A stretch of DNA of 23,133 nucleotides from a virus: the UHGV virus genome UHGV-1818811; one strand, given 5' to 3'. How positions within the stretch are numbered: position 1 is the first letter of the stretch; every line of letters starts with the position of its first letter. Of this stretch, positions 1 through 7,481 are shown in pieces. A program made the translations under genes and the position numbers. The notes under the pieces are model-generated. The model did no database searches and had not been told where the DNA came from. It was given only the letters and a program-made list of their open reading frames with translations.

Positions 1-126
1 ATAGCTGCACCTGCACTGCCTGATGTCAGAACAGTATTTTGATGAATTGCCAAGGTTACAATGGCACAAATGCGGCACAGGAGGAAACGTGGTGTATTTA
101 AATATGGGGTAACTCTTTGATTTTAA

Positions 127-171
127 TGGTGCGATAATAGGAGTCGAACCTACGACCTTCGCATTACGAAT
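127..171 (-). other. 3' fragment (about 45 nt) of a tRNA-Thr gene; prophage attachment-site repeat marking the left boundary of the element
   Basis: Minus-strand reading gives ATTCGTAATGCGAAGGTCGTAGGTTCGACTCCTATTATCGCACCA: anticodon loop with CGT, variable loop, T-arm GGTTCGACTCC, acceptor 3' strand and CCA. Sequence at 172-205 does not supply a D-arm or 5' acceptor strand, so only the 3' half is present. Identification as thrW-like is from memory of the E. coli tRNA-Thr(CGU) sequence. Confidence 0.7.
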
Positions 172-533
172 TATAAGAATCCGCTTCTAATTCAAAGCAT
201 TACCCCATCAACACTGCGCTCACACGTCCCACCACATCAAAACATGTAAAGCCTTGCAAGCCATTGTGAGGCCTTATGTGTCTCAGTTTTGTCCCACCTT
301 GTATTATGACTTGCATAGCCAATGAAGATAAACGTGACGACAAACAGCGCAGCAGTTTTCTTTTCTTTCACGACTTTCCCACCTCAACATGCATACCTTT
401 CTGCCATAACTGTAGTGAATGTCTGCTATGACGAACAGCGGACGTTGGACTTTCCAACCTTACAAGGTAATCTAGTTTGCAAAGTTAGCGACCTCGCGCA
501 GACGCACTAATAAAAAGAATAGGAACGGTACAA

Positions 534-3287
534 ATGAACTGGATTGGTTCTCGGTGGTGGAAATTCGACTTCCATAATCACACTCCGGCATCGGACGATT
601 ATGGAAAAGGCCCTAATCAGGCCCAGTATATGCAGATCACTCATAAAGATTGGCTGCTCAACTACATGCGACAAGGCATCGATTGTGTCGCTGTCACGGA
701 CCATAATTCAGGCGCTTGGATTGATCCGCTCAAGCAGGCACTCAAGGAACTGGCATCTGAGAGTCATGAAGATTATCGACCACTCTACTTATTCCCAGGT
801 GTTGAGCTTACTGTTCAGGGGAATATCCATATTCTGGCCATTTTCGGCGAAGACAAGACAACCTCTGATATCGACTCACTGCTTGGTGCGGTCAGGTATC
901 GCGGCACCAAAGGAAAGAGCGACGGCTGCTCTGAATGCTCAGCAGTTGAGGTGATCGACGAAATTGCTAGGTCAGGAGGACTTGCAATACCTGCTCATGT
1001 AGATCAGGCTAGCGGACTTTTTACGGTCTGTACGGGCAACACACTAGAGCAGGTGCTTGACAACAAATGTGTTTTTGCTATGGAAGTAACGGACCTTGCT
1101 AAAGCAAAACCGCAGCTCTATATTGGCAAGAATTTGAATTGGGCAGCGATTCTTGGAACCGATTCCCATCATCCGTCCGGTACCGGAAATCAACGCTACC
1201 CGGGTAGCCATTTCACTTGGGTAAAAATGTCGGAGCCATCTTATGACGGATTACGGCTGGCGCTCGTTGATGGGGCTCTTTCACTGAAGCGGTCGGACAA
1301 CTTCACTGGTGACCCAAATATCCATGGACAACTTGCCATCGAAAGTATCGTGGTTGATGATGCGAAGTACTTAGGACGAGGGCAATCTTTAACTTGTCAA
1401 CTGAACCCCTGGCTCAACACTATCATTGGTGGACGAGGCACTGGGAAATCGACTTCGTTGGAATTCCTGCGGATTGCTCTTAAACGAAAGGGAGAAATCC
1501 CCAAGAGCCTTGAAAAGGAATTTACCAAATACAGTCAAACTTCGAAAGACCGCCAAGATGAAGGGCTGTTAAAAGATTCCACGAAAATAACTGTAGGCTT
1601 TCGAAAAGACGGTGGCCGTTTCCGAATCACCTGGTCTAATACCGACGACATATACAGCATCGAGGAAGAGACCGCTCCCGGAGTCTGGTGTGCTTCCGAG
1701 GGAGACATAGCACAACGATTTCCTGTCAGGATTTACAGCCAGAAACAGATATTCGAATTGGCAAAGCATCCCCAAGCACTCTTGCAGGTTGTCGATGATG
1801 CCCCGGAGGTCAATCATCGTGATTGGCAGCTTAAGTGGGATGAACTGGTTTCCAAATATCTCTCGCTTCGCGCCCAAGAGCGTGAAGTTCAGGCTGGGCT
1901 TCAGGAAGAATCGGTAACCAAAGGTCAGCTTGAAGACGTCAAACGCAAACTCGATGTTTTTGAAAAGGCGGGCCACGCGGATGTCCTTAAGGCTTACCAA
2001 CTCAGACAGAACCAGAGTAAAGCTATGGACTACTGGGTAACGACTTGGGAGGATTCCGCCGAACAGGTCCGAGATATTTCTGGAAGCCTACTGCCAGCAG
2101 AATTGGATTTACAATATTTCGACATTGGGAATGCGGATGACAAAGAACTCTTCGATACCATCAAGGACATCCGTGCGACGTTTGAGAAGCTTCAGACAGA
2201 GATGAACTCGATCGCGCAGCGGATTGATGATGTGAAGAACTCATGGAATCAAACTCGATCAGACTTGGGAATATCGAAAAGAATTACAGCGGCGAGCCAT
2301 GAATACAACGCCCTCCTCGGTCAACTCAGCGCAGCAGACGCAGGTGATCCATCTGCATATGGTGTTCTGGTTAAGCAGCGACAAGATTTCGAAGATAAGC
2401 TCAAGGGATTCGACAAAAAGAGAGAAACTCTTGCGCAGCATCAGAAGAGCGCGGAAGAATACTTGGTCAAACTCCATGAGCATCGAGCATTGATAACCAA
2501 ACTTCGTGAGGACTTTCTCAAGGATACTCTCGTCGGCAATTCATATGTACAGATCAATGTCATTCCGTTTGGAAACAAGATTACGGTTGAGGAAGAATTC
2601 CGTAACCTGATCGGCCGCAGTGGTGGCGGATTTGACCGCGACATTGGAGTTGTTGACGGGGATGAGGGCTTGCTGGCTTATTTAACGCAAGACCAATCCA
2701 ATACTATGGATGATAAAATTGAGAAAATAAAATCATCGCTACTTGCAATCCATGAAAACGATACTATGGCGGTGGAATCCTGCAAAGATCGACGTTTTGT
2801 ATCCCTCATTCAGGGGCTAACTCCGGAACAGATAGATCGAATTCAGTGCTGGTTTCCAGGCGATTCTCTGGATATCAGATATAGCCTCAAGAACGGCGAG
2901 AGTTTCAAACCCGTAGAGCAAGGATCTCCGGGGCAAAAAACGGCGGCTCTCCTTGCATTTATCCTTTCATATGGCAATGAGCCTCTTATACTTGATCAGC
3001 CTGAGGATGATCTTGATAACCACTTAATCTATGATCTTATCGTGACGCAATTGCGTGAGATCAAACAAAAACGGCAGGTTTTAGTAGTCACGCACAACGC
3101 TAACATCGTCGTGAATGGTGACGCGGAAAACGTCATTGCCCTTGATATTCGGTCTGGTCAAACCAGAATTGTGGCGCAAGGGGGTCTTCAAGAACCTTCC
3201 ATACGCGATGAGATATGCCGAGTGATGGAAGGTGGCAAAGAGGCCTTTACCCAAAGATATAAACGAATCAATGCAGCAATCAAATAG
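534..3287 (+). CDS. 917-aa fusion of an N-terminal PHP-family phosphoesterase domain with an SMC/Rad50-like ABC ATPase (Walker A, long coiled-coil insert, signature-like motif, Walker B, H-loop); candidate single-gene anti-phage protein with Ppl-like architecture
   Basis: PHP metal-binding motifs in the first ~210 aa: FHNHT, VTDHN, GVEL, HILA, PAHVD, TDSHH. Walker A IIGGRGTGKST (~aa 300). About 450 aa of predicted coiled coil. C-terminal SPGQKTAALLA (signature-like), LILDQPEDDLD (Walker B/D-loop), VVTHNANI (H-loop). No adjacent SbcD-like partner. GC visibly lower than the phage structural genes. Confidence 0.9.
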   Translation: MNWIGSRWWKFDFHNHTPASDDYGKGPNQAQYMQITHKDWLLNYMRQGIDCVAVTDHNSGAWIDPLKQALKELASESHEDYRPLYLFPGVELTVQGNIHILAIFGEDKTTSDIDSLLGAVRYRGTKGKSDGCSECSAVEVIDEIARSGGLAIPAHVDQASGLFTVCTGNTLEQVLDNKCVFAMEVTDLAKAKPQLYIGKNLNWAAILGTDSHHPSGTGNQRYPGSHFTWVKMSEPSYDGLRLALVDGALSLKRSDNFTGDPNIHGQLAIESIVVDDAKYLGRGQSLTCQLNPWLNTIIGGRGTGKSTSLEFLRIALKRKGEIPKSLEKEFTKYSQTSKDRQDEGLLKDSTKITVGFRKDGGRFRITWSNTDDIYSIEEETAPGVWCASEGDIAQRFPVRIYSQKQIFELAKHPQALLQVVDDAPEVNHRDWQLKWDELVSKYLSLRAQEREVQAGLQEESVTKGQLEDVKRKLDVFEKAGHADVLKAYQLRQNQSKAMDYWVTTWEDSAEQVRDISGSLLPAELDLQYFDIGNADDKELFDTIKDIRATFEKLQTEMNSIAQRIDDVKNSWNQTRSDLGISKRITAASHEYNALLGQLSAADAGDPSAYGVLVKQRQDFEDKLKGFDKKRETLAQHQKSAEEYLVKLHEHRALITKLREDFLKDTLVGNSYVQINVIPFGNKITVEEEFRNLIGRSGGGFDRDIGVVDGDEGLLAYLTQDQSNTMDDKIEKIKSSLLAIHENDTMAVESCKDRRFVSLIQGLTPEQIDRIQCWFPGDSLDIRYSLKNGESFKPVEQGSPGQKTAALLAFILSYGNEPLILDQPEDDLDNHLIYDLIVTQLREIKQKRQVLVVTHNANIVVNGDAENVIALDIRSGQTRIVAQGGLQEPSIRDEICRVMEGGKEAFTQRYKRINAAIK

Positions 3288-3305
3288 AACGGAGTTGCAC
3301 TTGAA

Positions 3306-3388
3306 CGGCAATTGCGCTGAGCTCAATTGCCGCCAATGCTTGGTCGTTAACGTCTGCTCCTGGCACAGGGCTGCTGTTGCAGCCCTGA
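3306..3388. other. Two perfect 9-bp-stem hairpins between convergent reading frames; possible transcript-end structures, not canonical intrinsic terminators
   Basis: CGGCAATTG-(9 nt loop)-CAATTGCCG at 3306-3332 and CAGGGCTGC-TGTT-GCAGCCCTG at 3367-3388. Neither is followed by a U-run on either strand. Confidence 0.3.
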
Positions 3389-3393
3389 CAACC

Positions 3394-3540
3394 TTAGACT
3401 TCAATCGATTCAGAGATCTCTAACGCATCATCGACTTCAATGCCCAGATAACGGAATGTGCTTTCCAGTTTCTTATGACCCAACAGAAGTTGAATCACCC
3501 GAAGATTCTTGGTCAGCGGACAATAGGTGCAACGCCATAT
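3394..3540 (-). pseudogene. Remnant of a tyrosine recombinase/integrase C-terminus (degraded, no intact upstream catalytic region)
   Basis: Minus-strand translation ends ...NLRVIQLLLGHKKLESTFRYLGIEVDDALEISESIEV*, matching the conserved LLGH....T.RY tail of tyrosine recombinases (RY = candidate catalytic Tyr). Upstream sequence in the same frame does not continue as a recognisable recombinase and no long ORF exists. Confidence 0.3.
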
Positions 3541-3847
3541 TGAACCCTTAAGACTAAAGTGGACCGATATAGTAAGCGTTACACTGACCCGTTGCCAGCA
3601 TCGAAATGCCTAAGCTACGAAAACTCTTTGACGGACATAATGTTCCTCATGTTTGCCACATGTCTCCGATTGAGCACAACTATAGTCTGCTGATGAGACT
3701 AATTATGGCACTGAGCAGACCTGCTCGCTAGGCGAGATCCGCTGTGAGCGAATTGCAGAGGTCTCGAATATGCTTGATAATAATGCTTGAAGATATAATT
3801 GGTATGAGCCTGAAAATTTATTTTTAAAGAATTATTAAATACTGCCG

Positions 3848-4384
3848 ATGTTAATAATTATACTAAAAAAAAGGAACATGGAATTTATGTTAAATTTAGA
3901 CGAAATGTGCAGCGCATTAAGAAAACAATACTCTATAACGGCTGGTCAAGATGGTGAGAAATATGCTAGTAGATGGCTGGAAAAATCCAAGTGGAAATTT
4001 GAACATGTTGAGCAAGGAATAAATACCTTATCTGCAAACTTGAAATCATATGGGGGGAAACGCCCCGATTTCATTATTGACGCTGACGAATCCTCTTATA
4101 TTCTTTTAGATGCGAAGTATCACTCAACAGATGGGTGTACCTCCTTTACACTTACTGATTGTGAAATAGGAAAGTATAGAGCACTTCAGCAATTCTTAAA
4201 AAATGTGTATAGTGATTGTACTTTCGAAGTAGTCTTTATGGTGTTTCCGAAAGAAAAAAATGGTGACGAATTTACATTTGTGAGTCTAGATGAGTTTGAT
4301 AAAGGAGAGTGTACGACTCTAGCATCAAAAGATGCAACGAAAATTAGTCTACTCTATCGAGATGACTTATGGTTTAAAAGTTGA
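3848..4384 (+). CDS. Small PD-(D/E)xK-fold nuclease-like protein (NERD / restriction-endonuclease-like core) in an AT-rich islet; family unassigned
   Basis: Motifs AGQDGE (GxxGE), GKRPDFIID (PD) and ILLDAKY (DxK) in canonical order and spacing. Islet ~3780-4520 is strongly AT-rich relative to flanking phage DNA. Start uncertain: ATG at 3848, 3878 or 3887; AAGGAA at 3871-3876 best serves the 3887 ATG. Confidence 0.8.
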   Translation: MLIIILKKRNMEFMLNLDEMCSALRKQYSITAGQDGEKYASRWLEKSKWKFEHVEQGINTLSANLKSYGGKRPDFIIDADESSYILLDAKYHSTDGCTSFTLTDCEIGKYRALQQFLKNVYSDCTFEVVFMVFPKEKNGDEFTFVSLDEFDKGECTTLASKDATKISLLYRDDLWFKS

Positions 4385-4691
4385 TTAATAAAAAACAATT
4401 GGCTTTCACCATTTTTAATTACTTTTCCCAGCATGCCGAAAATGTCTCATTTATTTGAATGATTGTATCTTTAATAGATATATCGCGACTATTCCTAAAC
4501 TTATTTCTAGTTGTTAACAAAACTGTGTGCTATGAATGTCTGCTGTTGGCACATAGCAGTTCTAGAGACAGTGGCGTAAAGTCATGGAGAATCGGTGGAA
4601 GGAGGTGCAAACCCTCTCATACAAAAATGCGTAAAATCAGTAACGGCTGGAAATCATTCAATACTCGCACTATCAAAAGTTCACCAGCCAA

Positions 4692-4730
4692 CCGCGACAC
4701 CTCCTGCATACGACATGTCTGCGGTTTTAT
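4692..4730 (+). terminator. Putative intrinsic terminator for plus-strand transcription, overlapping the stop codon of the convergent invertase gene
   Basis: CCGCGACA (4692-4699) pairs with TGTCTGCGG (4716-4724) with a 1-nt bulge, followed by TTTTATAT. The loop is large (16 nt), so confidence is low. Confidence 0.35.
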
Positions 4731-5281
4731 ATAACCCTGGCTGGAAACCTCTTATACAAAGTTGACACACCAACATCATAGATAATAGCCACCTTCTGGC
4801 GAGGAACGCCTGATGCAATTAATCGCCCGGCCTGCGCCCATTGTTCTGGTGTAAGTTTGGGACGACGTCCACCAATTCGTCCCTGTGCGCGAGCAGCTTC
4901 CAGTCCAGCTTTTGTTCGTTCAACAATCAGTTCTCGTTCCATTTCAGCCAGGGCACCCATCACATGAAAGAAAAAACGCCCCATCGGTGTGCTGGGATCA
5001 ATAGCATCCGTCAGGCTGCGAAAATTAACGCCACGTTCGCGCAACTCCTCAACCAGAATGACCAGATGCCGCATACTACGCCCCAGCCGATCCAGCTTCC
5101 AGACAACCAGAGTGTCACCTGTCGATAATGTCCTGAGCAGTTTTTTCAGTCCCGGCCTTTCGGACTTTGTACCGCTTACCTTGTCTTCAAAAATCAGCTC
5201 GCATCCTGCACAGTTCAGCGCATTACGTTGTAGATCTGTGTTCTGGTCATTTGTTGATACGCGTACATAGCCAATAAGCAT
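4727..5281 (-). CDS. pin: Serine DNA invertase of the Gin/Pin/Cin/Hin family (184 aa from the internal Met of the 196-aa ORF)
   Basis: MLIGYVRVSTNDQNTDLQRNAL... with catalytic Ser in YVRVST, ...LVVWKLDRLGRSM..., GRFFFHVMGALAEMERELI, C-terminal helix-turn-helix GRIGGRRPKL...; near-identical in pattern to Gin/Pin as I recall them. Sits next to an invertible tail-fibre segment. The symbol is generic for the family. Confidence 0.95.
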   Translation of the reverse strand: MLIGYVRVSTNDQNTDLQRNALNCAGCELIFEDKVSGTKSERPGLKKLLRTLSTGDTLVVWKLDRLGRSMRHLVILVEELRERGVNFRSLTDAIDPSTPMGRFFFHVMGALAEMERELIVERTKAGLEAARAQGRIGGRRPKLTPEQWAQAGRLIASGVPRQKVAIIYDVGVSTLYKRFPARVI

Positions 5282-5335
5282 GGTAGATCCCCCTGACAAA
5301 AGCAGGAATGATGCCATTTGCTCGTTATTTCTGCA

Positions 5336-5361
5336 TTTTCATAAACGTTGGTTTGAGAGAA
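5336..5361. repeat. Inversion crossover site (gix/pix-like), left boundary of the invertible segment
   Basis: TTTTCATAAACG TT GGTTTGAGAGAA has the AAAC..GGTTT dyad typical of Gin-family sites. It is an inverted copy of 7181-7206 (19/26 identical; segment-proximal arm 13/14). Confidence 0.6.
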
Positions 5362-5982
5362 GGTTCATTTGGGTTCAGAAATCTGGTTACCTTCACAACG
5401 GCTGGAGTAACAAGCTGGACTGTTCCTGAAGAGTTGCGCAAAGGAAGAAAATGTTACGTCAAAGTTATTGGTGGCGGTGCGTCAGGAGGGATAGGTTCAA
5501 CAACCGCTTCAGCCGTTACATGTGGCGGAGGGGGTGGTGGGGGCGGAGTTGCTGAGGGACTGGTAGATTTAACTGGTATAAACAGTGTTTCGATTACGGT
5601 TGGTGCCGGTGGTGCGCCTGTGTCTGGTATTTCTGTAAACGGTAAAAATGGTGGCTCGAGCAGTTTCGGGACTTACATGTCAGCTTCCGGAGGCTATAGC
5701 GGAGGCCAGCCTTCCGGAGGGTTAGGCGCAGTTGGTGTCGGGGGAACAATTAATACATCGCTTGGGCCAGGTTCTCCAGGTTCCATTGCTTCTGCCGCAT
5801 CGGGGGCTGGTAATGGTGGTTCTGGTGGTGGCCCCGGAGGAGCAGGTTCATTCAGAGATACAGCTAACGGAAAAGCGGTATCAGCAGTTGGGCCTGGAGG
5901 TGGCGGTGCTGGATTATGTCCTAATTCATCAACGGGTCAGTCGGGTGCCGGAGCAGATGGCGCAGTTTATATTTACTGGTGA
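5350..5982 (+). CDS. Silent alternative tail-fibre C-terminal cassette (Sv'-like, glycine-rich receptor-binding domain); no start codon of its own, expressed only after inversion
   Basis: The frame is open from the crossover site and begins GLREGS..., in phase with GLGEGS... at the equivalent point of the active tail-fibre gene. Sequence is Gly-rich (GGGASGGIGS...CGGGGGGGGV...). Opposite orientation to the tail operon. Confidence 0.65.
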   Translation, partial: GLREGSFGFRNLVTFTTAGVTSWTVPEELRKGRKCYVKVIGGGASGGIGSTTASAVTCGGGGGGGGVAEGLVDLTGINSVSITVGAGGAPVSGISVNGKNGGSSSFGTYMSASGGYSGGQPSGGLGAVGVGGTINTSLGPGSPGSIASAASGAGNGGSGGGPGGAGSFRDTANGKAVSAVGPGGGGAGLCPNSSTGQSGAGADGAVYIYW

Positions 5983-5989
5983 GGTTCAT

Positions 5990-6160
5990 ATGTGGGCAAG
6001 AATTGAAGAAAATAAAGTAGAAGAGATAACGGAAATTAATCCTGAAGGAAGATTCCATCCATCATTAATATGGAAAGAATGCCCTGCTGACACACAGCAG
6101 GGGGATTTATATATTGATGGTGAGTTTATTGCGCAGTCTCCGGCAGTTCAGGCCAGATAA
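5990..6160 (+). CDS. Small tail-fibre-assembly-like protein paired with the silent cassette (tfa'-like, 56 aa)
   Basis: ATG 5 nt after GAGG; starts 8 nt after the cassette stop. MWARIEENKVEEITEINPEGRFHPSLIWKECPADTQQGDLYIDGEF resembles the N-terminal region of Tfa/TAC proteins. Converges on and overlaps the 3' end of the active tfa. Short, so uncertain. Confidence 0.5.
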   Translation: MWARIEENKVEEITEINPEGRFHPSLIWKECPADTQQGDLYIDGEFIAQSPAVQAR

Positions 6161-6734
6161 CATCCGGCGCGGTGCTGGTATCTGTTGCCGTCACCGCGTC
6201 AATGTAATCCAGCACGGCGTTAAGTCGGGTTGTTTCTGCCTGCGTCAACTTCCGTCCGGCCTGTAATTTCAGCTGAATCAGACTAATGGAAGCCATTGCT
6301 GCATCAATCAGTGACTGGCGCTGTGCTTCTGCCGCGTCTACTGCGGCACTATGCTGTGCCTCAGTATCCGTCACCCATTTCTCACCATCCCATTTATCAT
6401 ATGGCGTTAACGGGGCGATAGTGGTTGTATTTTCAGGGTAATCACCCGGAGCTGTGATTTCTTTCGATTCTCCTGTTTCGGTGCTATAGATGATTTCACC
6501 GCGATGGTCTGGCACATATTCCCATGAGTTAAAATCTGCAGAACGGCAGATTGCATAACCAGCTTTATGTGTAACTGGTGCATCTAAACAAGAACATGCC
6601 GGGATACCGACGCCAACCGCAAGATATTCAGTTGATGTGGAAATATATTCCCGCGTTTCACCATCATAATTATAAATGGTAATGTCTCCCGCTTTTATGG
6701 CAATGAGTTCGTTATTTAATACGGCTTTATTCAT
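6126..6734 (-). CDS. Tail fibre assembly protein (Tfa)
   Basis: N-terminus [30 protein letters not shown]... and C-terminal ...TDTSTAPDVIWPELP are typical of Tfa chaperones. Start overlaps the stop of the upstream tail-fibre gene (ATGA). Confidence 0.85.
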   Translation of the reverse strand: MNKAVLNNELIAIKAGDITIYNYDGETREYISTSTEYLAVGVGIPACSCLDAPVTHKAGYAICRSADFNSWEYVPDHRGEIIYSTETGESKEITAPGDYPENTTTIAPLTPYDKWDGEKWVTDTEAQHSAAVDAAEAQRQSLIDAAMASISLIQLKLQAGRKLTQAETTRLNAVLDYIDAVTATDTSTAPDVIWPELPETAQ

Positions 6735-7411
6735 CAGGCAGCTCTCACGATATAATTAAAGGCAATGTTACGAGGTCGGTTTTCGTTTGCAGTTGGAACA
6801 ACTCTGGAAGCATCGAATGTTACTCGCTTTGCATAACCACCTTTAATTGAATCAGATGAAGCATCTCCGATGACGCTGGTTGTAAAAACGCCAGAATCAG
6901 AAGGGTAGATATTAAACCTGACATCCACTAATGCACCAATTATATTTCGAATGGCATCTCCCTGTGACGAAAGCAAGCTACGGTTAGTATCTATTCCTCT
7001 TCCGTCATCCCAGCCACGAATGAACTCACCACGTAAATCAGGCAATTTATTTGTCGGGTAAGCCTTTGCCAGTTCCGGGTATTCTTCAGCAGAAAAAGCC
7101 GCACCGTTGCATTTCAGCCAGCCTGTTGGCGGAGTGGCTGAAGGCCACGGAACAGGCACACCAACCGGTAATGCAGAGCCTTCTCCCAAACCACGGTTTT
7201 CGAGAGCCGTTTTCACCGTGCCATCCGATTTGATATCACCAAACGGATTCTTGCGGCTTAACAGCAGAGCACGAAGCGCGGTAAGCAACTGGTCGTTTCG
7301 CCCCTTCTCCAGGCTGGCACCGGATGCCTCCACCACGCTGCAGAGTTCTTCCTGCAACATATCAAAGTAGTCATCATCCAGTGGCAGGTGTGCCAGTCTG
7401 GGGGTTACCAC
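6734..7411 (-). CDS. Tail fibre protein (short constant N-terminus of ~73 aa fused to the currently expressed variable C-terminal collar-type domain)
   Basis: Contains [34 protein letters not shown]...[18 protein letters not shown]..., a phage tail-collar / receptor-binding motif. Inversion site lies inside the ORF at codons ~69-77. Confidence 0.85.
   Translation of the reverse strand: MVTPRLAHLPLDDDYFDMLQEELCSVVEASGASLEKGRNDQLLTALRALLLSRKNPFGDIKSDGTVKTALENRGLGEGSALPVGVPVPWPSATPPTGWLKCNGAAFSAEEYPELAKAYPTNKLPDLRGEFIRGWDDGRGIDTNRSLLSSQGDAIRNIIGALVDVRFNIYPSDSGVFTTSVIGDASSDSIKGGYAKRVTFDASRVVPTANENRPRNIAFNYIVRAA
7181..7206. repeat. Inversion crossover site inside the tail-fibre gene, right boundary of the invertible segment
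   Basis: Minus-strand reading CTCTCGAAAACC GT GGTTTGGGAGAA; inverted repeat of 5336-5361. The central dinucleotide appears to differ between the two sites (GT vs TT). Confidence 0.6.
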
Positions 7412-7481
7412 GGGTAAAACCGTTCTTACCCGCGCCGAACTTATCCTTCTGCGCGGTTTTCGTGTCTATACGATGCATGGA

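Noticed and set aside
127-205. A complete tRNA gene at the window start
   Set aside because: Only the anticodon-loop-to-CCA half matches a tRNA. The expected 5' acceptor strand and D-arm are not encoded at 172-205, so this is an att fragment.
322-510. 62-aa ORF in the leader between the att fragment and the PHP-ATPase gene
   Set aside because: No Shine-Dalgarno sequence and no recognisable motif; more likely untranslated leader or promoter region. Could hide a regulator but is unsupported.
544-954. 136-aa plus-strand ORF overlapping the start of the PHP-ATPase gene in another frame
   Set aside because: Entirely inside the PHP domain coding region, whose own frame carries the conserved metal-binding motifs; no independent start signals.
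534-3287. Housekeeping SbcC/Rad50 DNA-repair ATPase
   Set aside because: No SbcD/Mre11 partner gene, the nuclease domain is PHP and fused in cis, and the gene sits in prophage cargo next to an att site.
3081-3404. 107-aa minus-strand ORF spanning the 3' end of the PHP-ATPase gene and the hairpins
   Set aside because: Different frame from the recombinase-like remnant, runs antisense through the conserved H-loop region and through both hairpins; no motifs.
4459-4734. 91-aa plus-strand ORF between the PD-(D/E)xK gene and pin
   Set aside because: Runs through the putative terminator and into the pin stop; Cys/Arg/Ser-rich with no motifs and no ribosome-binding site.
5308-5349. ATG at 5308 heading the glycine-rich ORF, which would make it an independently expressed gene
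   Set aside because: The first 14 codons cover the pin upstream region and the crossover site. Phase continuity with the constant tail-fibre region argues it is a promoterless cassette expressed only after inversion.
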